A DNA stretch of 64,000 nucleotides from assembly GCF_006345805.1 (NCBI RefSeq), contig NC_043019.1:1364001-1428000 (forward strand), given 5' to 3'. This document shows, one piece after another, positions 36,356 through 49,590 of the stretch. How positions within the stretch are numbered: the first letter of the stretch is position 1; each line of letters starts with the position of its first letter. The stretch is from Octopus sinensis (lineage: Eukaryota). A program made the translations under genes and the position numbers. Below the pieces are notes generated by a model, which worked only from the letters and a program-made list of their open reading frames with translations, searched no databases and was not told the DNA's origin.

Positions 36356-38298
36356 TATATATATTAGAAAAATTGAGGTAATCAGATCAGATGGTTCGTA
36401 TTTGTAGATATTTATTTATATATTACATTTTTTACATATATATCATATCATATCATTCGGATTTCGGATTAGCGCTTGCTCCATTCTAGTGGGCTTTTCA
36501 AATCTAATCAGTTGTGGGTAGTTTGAAACCTTTTTATAGTTTCGTAGTAGTGGTGAGGAGGAGGAAGTGAGACAGAGAATATATGTGTGTATGTGTATGT
36601 GTGTGTGTTGTGGTGTATGTTTGTGTGCGTGTGTGTGTGTGTGTGTGTGTGCGCGTTTATATATGAGAGTGAAGAAGTGTTATTTCTGGACCGCCTGTGG
36701 TTTTATAAGAACTTTGGCTGTCCATTTCGATGTCACTGAGTGTGTGTTGTGCATAGGTTGGCCTGGCAAATGTCATTTGGGGTCACATTCTATGATCATT
36801 CTGTGGAGGTGTGTGTGTGTGTGTGTGTGTGTCTCTGTGTGTCCGTGTGTGTTTTTGTGTGCGTGCGTGTGTGTGTGTGTGTGTGTATGTGTGTGTGTGT
36901 GTCTGTGTGTTTGGAGAAGGGGAGAGAGACAAAAAGAGAAAAGGGAAAATAAAAATAATAATAATAAAAATAAAAATAAAAAAATAAAAAATAAAAAAAT
37001 ATAGAAATATAAAAATAAAAAATAAAAAATAAAATAAAAAATAAAAAAATATAAAGAATAAATAAAAATATAAAAAATAAAAAATAAAAAAATAAAAATA
37101 AAAATAAAAATAAGGGAGGAAGTGGAGAAGAAAAAATAATTTTGTGTGTTGATATTTATACCAACACATATATATACACACACACAGACTTATACATAAA
37201 ATATTTTAAAAAACCTTTTTATTGGTTCAAAATGAACAACCAAATTATACCATCTTGAAAGTTGTATATCATAGGAAAGTTAAAATTAAAGTGACAATTA
37301 AAAGGTAAAGATGGAAGTGAATTATAAAGATAATAATATAATATGATGTATATAACAGGCAATACACACATCTACACACACATAGATTTGTCCTTCAATG
37401 TATGTTGAGTAAAGTTTCAGCCATTTAATTTGGGGGAGAACTTAGCTATGAAATATTTTTCCATATTCCTCCTGAAGGAGGTGTCATTCTTCGGATACTT
37501 GTAGAAGGGAAATATCTTAAATTTCTTCTCCACTTCCTCCCTTATTTATTTTTTTTAAAATTTTTTAATTTTTTTTTTATATTTTTATTTATTCTTTATA
37601 TTTTTTTTTTTTTTATTTTATTTTTTATTTTTTATTTTTATATTTCTATATTTTTTTATTTTTTTATTTTTTTATTTTTATTTTCATTATTATTATTTTT
37701 ATTTTCCCTTTTCTCTTTTTGTCTCTCTCCCCTTCTCCAAATACGCAGACACACACACACACACACACATACACACACACACACACGCACGCACACAAAA
37801 ACACACACGGACACACAGAGAAACACACACACACACACACACCTCCACAGAATGATCATAGAAAGTGTGACCCCAAATGACATTTGCCAGGCCAACCTAT
37901 GCACAACACACACTCAGTGACATCGAAATGGACAGCCAAAGTTCTTATAAAACCACAGGCGGTCCAGAAATAACACTTCTTCACTCTCAGATATAAACGC
38001 GCACACACACACACACACACAACGCACACAAACATACACACACACACACACACACACACATACACATACACACATATTTTCTCTGTCTCACTTCCTCCTC
38101 ACCCACTACTACGAAACTATAAAAAGGTTCAAACTACCCACAACTGATTTGATTTGAAAAGCCCACTAGAATGGGAGCAAGCGCTAATCCGAAATCCGAA
38201 TGATATGATATGATATATATGTAAAAAATGTAATATATAAATAAATATCTACAAATATGAACCATCTGATCTGATTACCTCAATTTTTCTAATATATA
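36356..38298. repeat. Large inverted duplication: ~780-bp arms, ~390-bp spacer
   Basis: 36356-37133 is the near-identical reverse complement of 37522-38298; differences are mainly indels and microsatellite length. Confidence 0.95.
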
Positions 38299-38617
38299 AT
38301 ACCTGTACATCATCTCCAAACCTTCCGATATATATATATATAATATATATATATATACAAAATAAGGAAATGGAGAAATACAACAATCTTAATCAATAAT
38401 AAACTACCAGATAATACCCAATCACATAATTTATTATAACCACTACATATGAACATTAAGGTCAAACATAATAGTATAGAACAAAACAATGTACATCAAT
38501 GAGTAATAAGATACAATAAGTACAGTATGTATAAGTGAATATAAATAAATACAAATGGTGGGTTGCACTCACAACCCCAATCCAATTGTAATTATATATA
38601 TATATATATATATATAT

Positions 38618-38708
<91 letters not shown>

Positions 38709-38724
38709 AAATTTAATCCAAACA

Positions 38725-38990
38725 TGAAAACACAACAACGCGAGGACGTGGAACAAATATAGTATTATTTGACGCTCAGGAAGGAAGGGAAGAAGGGGGG
38801 TTATACGTTTCTAGCGGAGCTCTTCGTCAGAAACACAGGAAAAGGAAAGATCCAGAGAAGGGAAGACGGAGGGAAAAAAATCGCCAACGGTAACACACGC
38901 GGTCACATTTTGAATGACCGTAAGGAAATGGGTGTAGAAAAGTTCTTTCAAAGACAGGAGAATGCAAGAGGAGGTATGTGTGTGTAAGTG
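38725..38990 (-). mobile_element. Hammerhead-bearing interspersed repeat (same family as 11160-11335), between (TA)n runs
   Basis: Alignable by eye to 11160-11335. Confidence 0.7.
38800..38834 (-). ncRNA. Minimal type I hammerhead motif
   Basis: gttt-CUGACGA-a-gagc-ucc-gcua-GAAA-cg-UA-uaac; palindromic stem III ACGU and GUA triplet; one mismatch each in stems I and II. Confidence 0.55.
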
Positions 38991-39014
38991 TGGATATGTG
39001 TGTGCGCGAATAAC

Positions 39015-39096
<82 letters not shown>

Positions 39097-39424
39097 TTTT
39101 CCCTCTATACCTACGTGAATTATTTTTGAGTATACAGTGTCTGGGAGACTTTTCTTATAGTAGAAGAATAGCTAAATTTTTCGGCTGCTATTTCTAAAAT
39201 TTCGGTTGTGTTAAAGTAAATTTTTTTACCTGAACCCTAATTAGATAACGTAATGTTTTAAATATACCGTAAATGGTCTTTTTACATACTGAACACTACT
39301 TGGTAAAATTAATTAATAATTAATTAATTTTACCCTTTTTATTATTTACTATATACATACTTATATATATATATATTATATATATATATTAGTATATATA
39401 TTATTATATATATATATATTATAT

Positions 39425-39484
<60 letters not shown>

Positions 39485-39499
39485 GTATATATACAGCGT

Positions 39500-39735
39500 A
39501 AAGACACCTTTTGGTCATGGATGACCATGGTATTGTACCTGGAATGAATGTTCACCTCCGAGGCACAAATCCGGGCATGGTTTCTTATAGAAGACCAGTA
39601 GTACGTACCAGCGCCCTTTTTTGTCCGCTACCGATATTGACAAAGGGAAATGCAAAGGGGCCGATACAGCTTGGCACCAGTGGCGTCGCAACTCATTTCT
39701 ACAGCTGACTGAACTGGAGCAATGTGAAATAAAGT
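39500..39735 (-). mobile_element. 3' part of a SINE related to type C
   Basis: Reverse complement has actttatttcacattgctccagttcagtcagctgtagaaatgagt, shared with the type C body. Confidence 0.65.
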
Positions 39736-40379
39736 GTCTTACTCAAATACATATATGGGCGCCCGCGTGTGAGTGTAAAATGAAATACATACGTTTATTA
39801 CACTTAGTTTGCAGCTGCCCCGCTGCAGATGCGAACATTCGATGTTTTTCATGGACATTAAGTCTTTAGGACTACATTATTAAATGCTTCATTTTTTTTT
39901 TCAAGTCGTTACTATGCACTACAAACGTTCTGCATAAGAATGGAATTAGCTGTTATCAAAAGAACCTTCTAAAAACTAAGATCCGAAATAGGCTCCATGG
40001 ATTCCCGTGGTATATACGAGAATATTAACGGTTGTTAATTAGAAATTGTGGTTCCTCTATTTTTTTCAAGAGAAATATAATCAAGAAAAGAAGATCGATA
40101 AAGCACCAGTCTTTCATCATTGATAATTAATTAAAACAGGCCAGTAAGAATAAATGAAAACTCCATTAAAATCTTAAATCAACAAAAAAATAACTTCGTA
40201 AGGTTCCCAATCAAACGTTATTCCAGTAAAAGAAGTAGTTAGAATTTAATAGCCATCGCTCAATCCTTCGATCTCTTACCCTTTCTATTTCTTTCGTCCT
40301 CTCTCTATATACGTGTGGGAGTCGCGTGTATCTGGGGGTGTGGGGGTATGTGTTTATATGTAATATATATATACATATA

Positions 40380-40412
<33 letters not shown>

Positions 40413-40841
40413 TCATATATTATATATATATATATATTATATATACAATTATATATAAATATCATATATATATATATATTATATATATATATATATATAT
40501 ACAATTATATATAAATATCATATATATATATATATATATAATATATATATATATATAATATAATATATATATATATTAGTATATATATATATATAATATA
40601 TAATATATTATATATTATATATATATATATATATAGGGAGAGGGAAAAGGAAAAAGTTAGTCTAAAATTATCTAATTTTTTCCTTCTTGTACACAATGAA
40701 CATAATGAACTCACTGAACGTTAAGCGAATAACTTAATGCATTTAACTTTCTATATCATGCTCCACAAGAGACGTGATGGTGTGCAAATATGCTTGTATA
40801 TATGCACATACAAACACACACACACACACATATACACGCAC

Positions 40842-41236
40842 GTGTGGTAAGTAGCTTGTTTCCCAACCACATGGTTCCGGGTTCAGTCCCACTGCGTGGC
40901 ATCTTGGCCAACTATTCTACTATAGCCTCGGGTCGACCAAAGCCTTGTGAGTGGATTTGGTAGACGGAAACTGAAAGAAGCTCGTCGTATATATGTATAT
41001 ATGTATATATGCGTGTATGTGTCTGTGTGTCTGTGTTTGTCCCCCTAGCATTGCTTGACAACCGATGCTGGTGTGTTTATGTCGCCGTTACCTAGCGGTT
41101 CGGCAAAAGGAGACCGATAGAAATAAGTACTGGGCTTACAAAAAGAATAAGTCCCGGGGTCGAGTTGCTCGATTAAAGGCGGTGCTCCAGCATGGCCGCA
41201 GTCAAATGACTGAAACAAGTAAAAGAGTAAAAGAGT
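40842..41236 (+). mobile_element. tRNA-derived SINE (type A)
   Basis: Near-consensus body and aaaagagt tail. Confidence 0.9.
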
Positions 41237-41482
41237 GTATGTAGATACGCACTTACAAAATTATACGCACTCTTGTCATTTTCAATGTATTTACTCTAAA
41301 ACAGGGAATAAACGAGTACATAATGTTTCTACATATTCCCCTTCCTTTTCGATGCATTTGGTCCGGCGGTCCACAAGATTGCGTCGTTCCCCCCACCAAT
41401 GAGAAGGTATGTGCAAGCAAATGACTTGTTGAAAGAAAAGCAAAGAAAAGAAAAATCTTGTTGATTTCTTTGGTTACTATAC

Positions 41483-41700
41483 TCTCTCTTTTACTCTTTT
41501 ACTTGTTTCAGTCATTTGACTGCGGCCATGCTGCAGCACAGCCTTTAATCGAATAACTCGACCTCGGGACTTATTCTTTTGTAAGCCCAGTACTTATTCT
41601 ATCGGTCTCTTTGGCCGAACCGCTAAGTAACGGGGACATAAACACACCAGCATCGGTTGTCAAGCAATGCTAGGGGGACAAACACAGACACACACACACG

Positions 41701-41735
<35 letters not shown>

Positions 41736-41898
41736 GACGGGCTTCTTTCAGTTTCCGCCTACCAAATCCACTCACAAGGCTTTGGTCGGCCCGAGGCTAT
41801 AGTAGAAGACACTTGCCCAAGGTGCCACGCAGTGGGACTGAACCCGGAACCATGTGGTTGGTAAACAAGCTACTTACCACACAGCCACACCTGCGCCT
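41483..41898 (-). mobile_element. tRNA-derived SINE (type A), full length
   Basis: Reverse complement of the consensus; tail-to-tail with 40842-41236. Confidence 0.9.
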
Positions 41899-42935
41899 AT
41901 ATTATAGAATATCAGCAATAAAATAACAGGTATAAAAAGAATGAAAGCAAACCAACACACAATACAGCGAAAAAAAGTAAATATAACTGTTAACGGATAG
42001 GGATATATCAACACCCTCCCGTAGCTTGTATAACGCATGTACGCTCGCTCACACAAAGATCCACGAAGATGTAAGCGTACGTACATGTGTGGTTTGGCTC
42101 ACATACATTAACGTACAGAATCGGGAGGTAAAAGCTAAATTTAATTCATCCATACTTAAACCGTTACTTACTCAAATTCATTACCACTGCATTGTGTGAA
42201 AGTGGATTTATGAGCAGGTATGCATCTTGAGGGATCGATGCCCGATCTGTCGAAACAATTGTAGTGATTAATAAAAACTCCCGTATAGTCCATCTACCGT
42301 CTCACATTAACCAGGCATGTATATACATACATATATACATTTATATATATATAAATATATAAAATTTTGGGGTATTTTGGATATATTTAGGGTACTTAGG
42401 TCTACTCATGATTTAGTGCTTGCTTTTTCCGTTGGTATGAGTAAGTATTTCATTTATGTCTTACGTATTTATCGCTGACAAGGAGAAAATTCTTATGAGT
42501 TAACTCTGAAATTGGGACCAATACGGTAATAACGGAATTTCTTGGAAACTTCTGTCGGCTAGTTTCGAGACGCATGTTAATACTGATAATTTATAATGGT
42601 TATTGACAATTTGTCTATTTTCGGCATATTTGTCATTAAATTTTTTTTCTGTTGCCATTGAAATAAGCATTATTTATACCATTTATTCTTTTGAATAATA
42701 TCAGTAGAATTTTCGAAAGATGTGTCGGAAGTAAAAATATTTGATTACACCTGCGTTAACTCCATTTTTTTATTCATATCATTCAAAATATTCAACATAA
42801 ACACGAAGTTTCTACCTTTATAAACAAGGAGTTACAACACCTTTACTTGTGAGATTTTTGCTGCCCTGGTAAATATTTATTTATTTTTCCGTGTTAATTG
42901 TTAACAAGGTAAAAATACACTCATCTATTTATATA

Positions 42936-42969
<34 letters not shown>

Positions 42970-43055
42970 CTATATATTATATATATATATATATATATAT
43001 GCGTGTGTTTTAGTGGCTAAACTGGCAAAATGACCATTCCGAAATATAACAATAT

Positions 43056-43096
<41 letters not shown>

Positions 43097-43149
43097 TTGA
43101 TACATCATTCATCTGTCGTTAAATATTCATTTATTTATACACATACACC

Positions 43150-43292
43150 ACGATAGTCTTCTATCATTTCCGTCCACCAAATCCACTCACAAGTGTTTGA
43201 TCACACCAAGGTTATATTGGAAAAAAGAAATGCAAAGTCGCACTCATATGATTGAGAAGCAAATTTGTTACCACACAGCCATGCCAACGCCA
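43150..43292 (-). mobile_element. Diverged type A SINE head
   Basis: tttccgtccaccaaatccactcacaag...ttaccacacagcca. Confidence 0.65.
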
Positions 43293-44030
43293 ATATATGA
43301 ACATATATCTCTACATGTACAAATACATATATGTGAGTGATTGTATGCATGTATATGAGCATGTTTATTAGTGCTTGCTATATGTAGCATTTGATAATCT
43401 ATTCATTTGTGTACAGGCGATTATATGCATATTTTAATAGTTATTTCGCTTTTAGTCAACAACTGTTCAAATTTTATTAATTTATGCTTTGCTGAGAGTT
43501 ATCTTTCTTTGCTTTCACCCCACCGCTTCAAGATATATAATGCTCAAAAATCTCTTCATTTACCACGTAGTCTTACCTATAGGAGTTTGCGGAAAATTCT
43601 AGGTCAACGCCCGGTGTGCACGGTGTTTCTAAATGTCTATAAATAAATTTGCCCTCCCCCACTTTAAGAAGCATTTTCTTCTCGCCGTTACTAATTAAGT
43701 ATGTATGCGTCTGCATGTGTATACATCTATGTGTTTGTGTGTATGTGTGTATGTGTGTGTGTGTTTGTGTGCGTATATATGTGATTGTGTGTGTACGTAT
43801 ATATATATATGCGAAGTGGCGCTGAAAAGTACAAGGCTTTAAGGTAATCGCGAAACGTGTGGTTGGGGACACAACCTCCTGAGTTCTTTTACAGGGCTAA
43901 GAAAAACTGAAGTCCAACTGAAATAAGTGTGTGAATCTTAAAGGGAATATGTTGAATATGATGCATTTTATTTTACAGAAAGCCAGGAAATTTTCCAGCA
44001 AGCTCGTATATATAACTCTCTAAATGACTA

Positions 44031-44070
<40 letters not shown>

Positions 44071-44071
<1 letters not shown>

Positions 44072-45111
44072 ATGCATGAAATACTAACTACTAAGGTACA
44101 CAGACACAAGGGCACCCATTCTTCATCAGTTATTAACTGTAAATACTAAGGTGCAGTTTCGTGCCTTTAACTATAAGACTGGGAACTTCGTATAACTGCG
44201 GCACCTGCAAGATTTCTGTAGAATTAGGACTCGAGTAATTAAAATAATATAGGGTGGACGCATGAGATTAAACAAAAGTAATTTATCGTTAAAGGCACGA
44301 AATTGCGTATTAGTATTTTCGGTCGATAACCAATTATGCATTAGGGTCCATGTATCTGTCTACGTGTACGTTTGTAGTGTTTAATGCATTTTTATTTATG
44401 GTATAACTGAACGCCACGCATCCTCACCTTCCTTAACAATAAGTTTGTATATGTTTTTGTGACTCTATTTTTCTTTGTTTTTTCTCTCTCGTCCTAATAT
44501 TCCTTTTCTAGCATCGCTACTTCCTCTCTCCCGCTCTCTCGTCTTCTCACACTTCATTATATACTTTCCTCCTTCCTTCCCATGTTGTTTCTCGCTCTCT
44601 ATTTCTCTCTTTCGCTGCCGTACTCTCTCTGTATATATCTCTATCTCTGCCCTACCCTCCCTCTCTCTCTCTCTCTCTCTCTCATCCTCCTTCCCACACA
44701 TGAGCGGCGCTACCCATACGTGACCGGTGATTGATTGTCAATTTTCTGTCTTTCGGCCATCGAACGCCTAGCGTGCTCGTCAACTCTTTCGCCCCTCTTC
44801 TCCTCACTAATTCTGTTTTCATATACATTTGAGGATTACTTCCAGGCGTTACTCCATCATTCTCCTATTTGGCCCATTTATTTATTGTCATCTATCGTTT
44901 CCAATTACTTCTGTTTAGTCTCGTACGTTCACCCTGTATTATTTTGTTCGATCGAGCCCTAATTCTACGCAAATCTTGCGGGTGCCGCCGTTACACGAAG
45001 CTCTAAGTGTTATTGTTAAATGCACGAAATTGGATATTAATATTTTCGGTCCATAACTGATGAAGAATTAGTGTCCTTTTGTCTGTGTACGTTAGTAGTA
45101 TTTAATACATT
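44071..45111. mobile_element. Non-autonomous element with diverged ~220-bp terminal inverted repeats
   Basis: 44071-44290 pairs with about 44900-45111 (e.g. gcggcacctgcaagatt / aatcttgcgggtgccgc; ttcttcatcagttat / ataactgatgaagaa); TA-rich flanks; no ORF inside. Confidence 0.65.
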
Positions 45112-45179
45112 ATATATAATTAGTGCACGTTTTGTAGGGTGCAGTTAAATACATATATGTATTTAACTGTTATTCCTTC

Positions 45180-46232
45180 AAATGGAGGTGAGAAAGGATC
45201 ATACTCGGCATATTTTACCTAATGAGTTCAATAAAGGCAACAACGCAACACAATGTGCTATGAATATTAATGTAATATATGGGAATTAGACAATAAGCGG
45301 AAGCCAGTGTCAACGGTGGTTCCAGAATTCCGAGCCGGAAAATACAGCCCAGAAGACGACCCTCCTTCTGGAAGATCTGTAGAGCTCGACGTGGACGTTT
45401 TGGAAACCCTGGTGGCACAAAATCCCATGTGAACTGTTGAGAATCTAGTAGAGAAGCTTGGTATTGGTCATTCAATCATTGAACGACACATCCATGCTAT
45501 CCGAAGAGTCAGCGAATTGTGTCAAAGCGTTCCTCAGAATCTTTTCGAGTCTAATCACGTGCAGAGAGGGAATGTGTGCTCTACTTTGCTGTCATGTCTC
45601 ACGAATGGAACAGTTTTTCGCTCCAATGGTGACTGGTGACAAGAAATGGGTTGTATATTAAATTTTGAAATATGCATGAACATGTATATGAAATGGGTAA
45701 GGAAAGGAGAAACAACTGCATCTCAGATTAAAGAAGGTTTTCATCCATGTAAGTTCTTGCTATCTGTTTTGTGGAATATGAACGGTTTAGTGCAATTTGA
45801 ACCTATAAACCCAACCCAAGTGATAACTAGTAAAGAGATATACTGCCGAAAGCTGGTGCGGCCAAAAGTCAGCGCTAGAAAAACAAACCCACCATTTTGT
45901 GGTTTCAAGACGGAAAGTGTTCTTCCTCAGGATAATTCTCGGCCTCATACAGCGATGAGATGAAAACCTTTTGGAAAGCTGGAGTAGTTTCAATGGGAAA
46001 CGCTGCCCCACCCATCATACTCAGCGGACATTGCTGCATCTGATTATCATCTATTCGTAGTCGTTAACATCATTTGGACGGAAGAGATAAAAATTTTGTA
46101 GACGGGGTCAGAACAGATGGAAGAACATTGTAGAAAATGAAGGAGAGTATATTTTAGATTAAAAGAACTTTGCTTGTCTAAATTTTGAAAAATAAAAATA
46201 GGTTAAAAACGCATTATTTATGTGATGGCTAT
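45180..46232 (+). mobile_element. Degenerate mariner transposon, most of the transposase present
   Basis: MEVRKDHTRHIL..EF.KG.NA; VTGDKKWVVY (first D); LWNMNGLVQFE; QDNSRPH (second D); WETLPHPSYSADIAASDYHLF; TIR-like aaaaacgcattatttatgtgatggcta at the 3' end. Confidence 0.9.
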
Positions 46233-47469
46233 ACATACATACATACCACCCCCACACACATATATATATATATATTCTTTCACTTGTTTCAGTCATTTAA
46301 ACGCAACCATGCTGAAGCACCACCATGAAGGATTTTAGTCGGGCAAATCGGCCACAAGACTTATTTTTAAGCAGCGTGCTTATTTTACGTGGCATTAAAC
46401 TCCCCAACGCTGGTTTTCAAATAGTGATGGAACAAAATGACACAAAGTCACAAACAAACACAGCAGAAACCCATGTACACACACACACACACATACACAC
46501 ACATATATATATATATTTATATAGCTAAAACTCTAGGGATGTTTGCCTATACCATAATCCTCTCAGAAATAGTGTATTTTATCTTAATTGTCTTTGCATA
46601 TTTATATATATACTTACCTTCGGCAGCGCAGTACAAGTGTTTGTGGCATTTGGACCACTATTTATTAATGAAAACGAGTAATCACAATTTTGGGGGGAGA
46701 ATTCACAAAAAAAATAATAAAAAAATAAAGACAGGTGGTGTAGAAAACAAATAGATGTATTAGTTTAACCCTCGGGAAGTGGACAGGAAAAAACGTCTTC
46801 TGGGACGTCAACACACACACACACATGCACACATAAAGAATACACGCACATATAGTGAATGCCATGGCGGGTCAATGAACACAAACACACGTCAGCTGTC
46901 TATGACACACACATAGCATAGTCTTCGACTTTTTGAGGTGCACAATATTTTAATCATTTAGAAATATTTTTAACTGAATATGATTTCAAATATGTTAGTT
47001 TTTTTATACAGTAAGTATTTATATTCTAGCTTTCTTTAAACAGGAAATATTTTAATGTTTCTTTAAACTTATTTTCAAGTAGTTAACTTCCGTGAAAATT
47101 TTTTGTTTATTTACATTTGTTTTAAAAGGAAAGATAGGGAAAGTGAAAGACGTATGTACATGTATATCAAATGCACGTGTGTGTGTGAAAGAGAGAGAGA
47201 GAGAGAGCGGAAAATAAAGAGCGAAAGATAGAGAGAAAGAGAGAGAGAGGAAGAGAATGATATAAAAGAGAGAAAGAGAGAGAGATGAAGAGAGTGAAGG
47301 AAAGAGAGAGTCAGTGAAAGGGATGTGTTGTCATGTATACGTACGTACATCAATATATATAGTTACATTTTTTGTATATAGGTGTGCATGTTTGTGTGAA
47401 AGAGACGGTGAATGAGTGAATATGTGTATGTGTAAGTGGCACACACAGACACACACACACACTCTCACT

Positions 47470-47500
<31 letters not shown>

Positions 47501-47997
47501 ACTCTCTCTCTCTCACACACACACGTACATTTCATATACATGTTCATGCATATTTCACTTTCTCCACTTTTTCACTTGAAAACAACAGCAAATAAACAAG
47601 AAAAAAAAACAAACGGAAAGTAACAACCAAAACCAGCTGATTTGGATGACAGCCCTGACAATTAAAGCGAAAGATCGCCTCACAGGAATAGCATTACGAA
47701 AATGTTTTTACCGGTGCATTCAACGTATCTCAGCTCCAAAGACATGGCTCCTATTTCTAGCAGCCTAATACCACGTAACAAGTATTTGCGATTAAGGAGC
47801 CAAAATACGTGTTACGTGGTAGCAGAGCATTGAAGAAAACCATGAATCAACTCCGTTACTGGGAAACTCAGATTTCTCTGGTGACCCAACGGCGTCACGG
47901 CAATCTAGTATATATATATATATTATATATATATATATATGCATATATGTATATATATATATATCTATATATATATATATATATATACATATATACA

Positions 47998-48051
<54 letters not shown>

Positions 48052-48110
48052 TACATATATGCATATATACATATATATATACGGATATACATACAAATAT
48101 ATTTACATAC

Positions 48111-48173
<63 letters not shown>

Positions 48174-48202
48174 CACGTATATATATATATATGTATACGT
48201 AC

Positions 48203-48364
48203 ATGGGCTTCTTACAGTTTCCTTGTTCCAAATTCAATCACAATTCTTTGGCCGGTCCCAAGCTATAGTAGATGACGTTTTCTTGAGATGCCTCGCAGTG
48301 GCACTGATCCCGGAATCACGTGGTTGAGAATCAAGGTTCTTACCACACAACTACGCCTGCGCCT
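48203..48364 (-). mobile_element. Diverged type A SINE head
   Basis: gggcttcttacagtttcc...ttaccacacaactacgcctgcgcc. Confidence 0.7.
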
Positions 48365-48373
48365 TATATATGC

Positions 48374-48406
<33 letters not shown>

Positions 48407-48492
48407 AAACATGATAGTAGATATGGTTATGTACGAAGATATATGAATAGAGAAAGAGAGAGAGAGAAAGAGAAAGAAGAAGACAGAGAGTG

Positions 48493-48526
<34 letters not shown>

Positions 48527-49199
48527 CAGTCAACACGCAGAGAAAGACAGGTGAAACCGTGGATATTAAAGCGACAATTTTCTTTAGTAGTGTAAATTTT
48601 CCCACGTAATTGAAAATCACTGGGACATTCCTCTGGGAAGCTGAGCAATTAGTCATCGTAATTTGCATTTGTCTAGCAATCAAGATAGATGGACAGCATG
48701 TATTAACCAAAACAACACTTGTATGTAGTGTCACACTGAACAATGATTAGTTTTAATTACTCAGTGATGTACAAATTAAAATCCAAAACCTGAAAAAATT
48801 GCAAAAATAAATAATGGATTTCTACGTGAAGATATTTTAAAAAAGAAATATGCAAATACGTTTATGTATATAAAGGTGACATTTTATCTGAGTTGGTTAT
48901 ATGTTATGAAAGATGGGTTGACTATGCGAAAGTATTAATAATCTTCCTTGTTGTGTTTTTGGTTTTTTTTTTGTTTTGTTATATTTTGTCTTGTTTCTGT
49001 TTTGTTTTTCTTTTTTTGTTGTTGTCTTTTTTTTCTTGTGATAAGAGAAGAAAATTAAATTAGATGGTGAACTTGCAAATATTGACTGAAATTACGTTCT
49101 TATCAAAGGAATGTTTTTGAAGTTCAAAATACGCGTTGTTTTTGTTATTTGTTTTTTTTTTTGTGCTTTTTTCTTGTTCTTTGCTGTTGGCCTGGCCCC

Positions 49200-49230
<31 letters not shown>

Positions 49231-49330
49231 TTGATGGTGATGATGGTGATGATGATGATGATGATGATGATGTTGATGGTGATGATGATGAATGATGGTG
49301 ATGGTGATGATGGTGACGATGATGATGATA

Positions 49331-49370
<40 letters not shown>

Positions 49371-49543
49371 CGAGGATGACGATAATGATCATTATCGTGA
49401 CGAGGGCAGCGATAACGGCGAAGGCGAAGATGATGATAACGTTGATGACGATAACGGTGATGACGACAACGATCAGAATGGTGATGCTGATGATGATGAT
49501 AGTGATGATGATGGTGGTGATGATGATAATGATGATGATGATT

Positions 49544-49590
<47 letters not shown>

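Noticed and set aside
42223-42266. Possible hammerhead with GAAACAAUUGUA stem III
   Set aside because: The CUGANGA box is not recoverable and stem II does not abut GAAA; at most a decayed relic.
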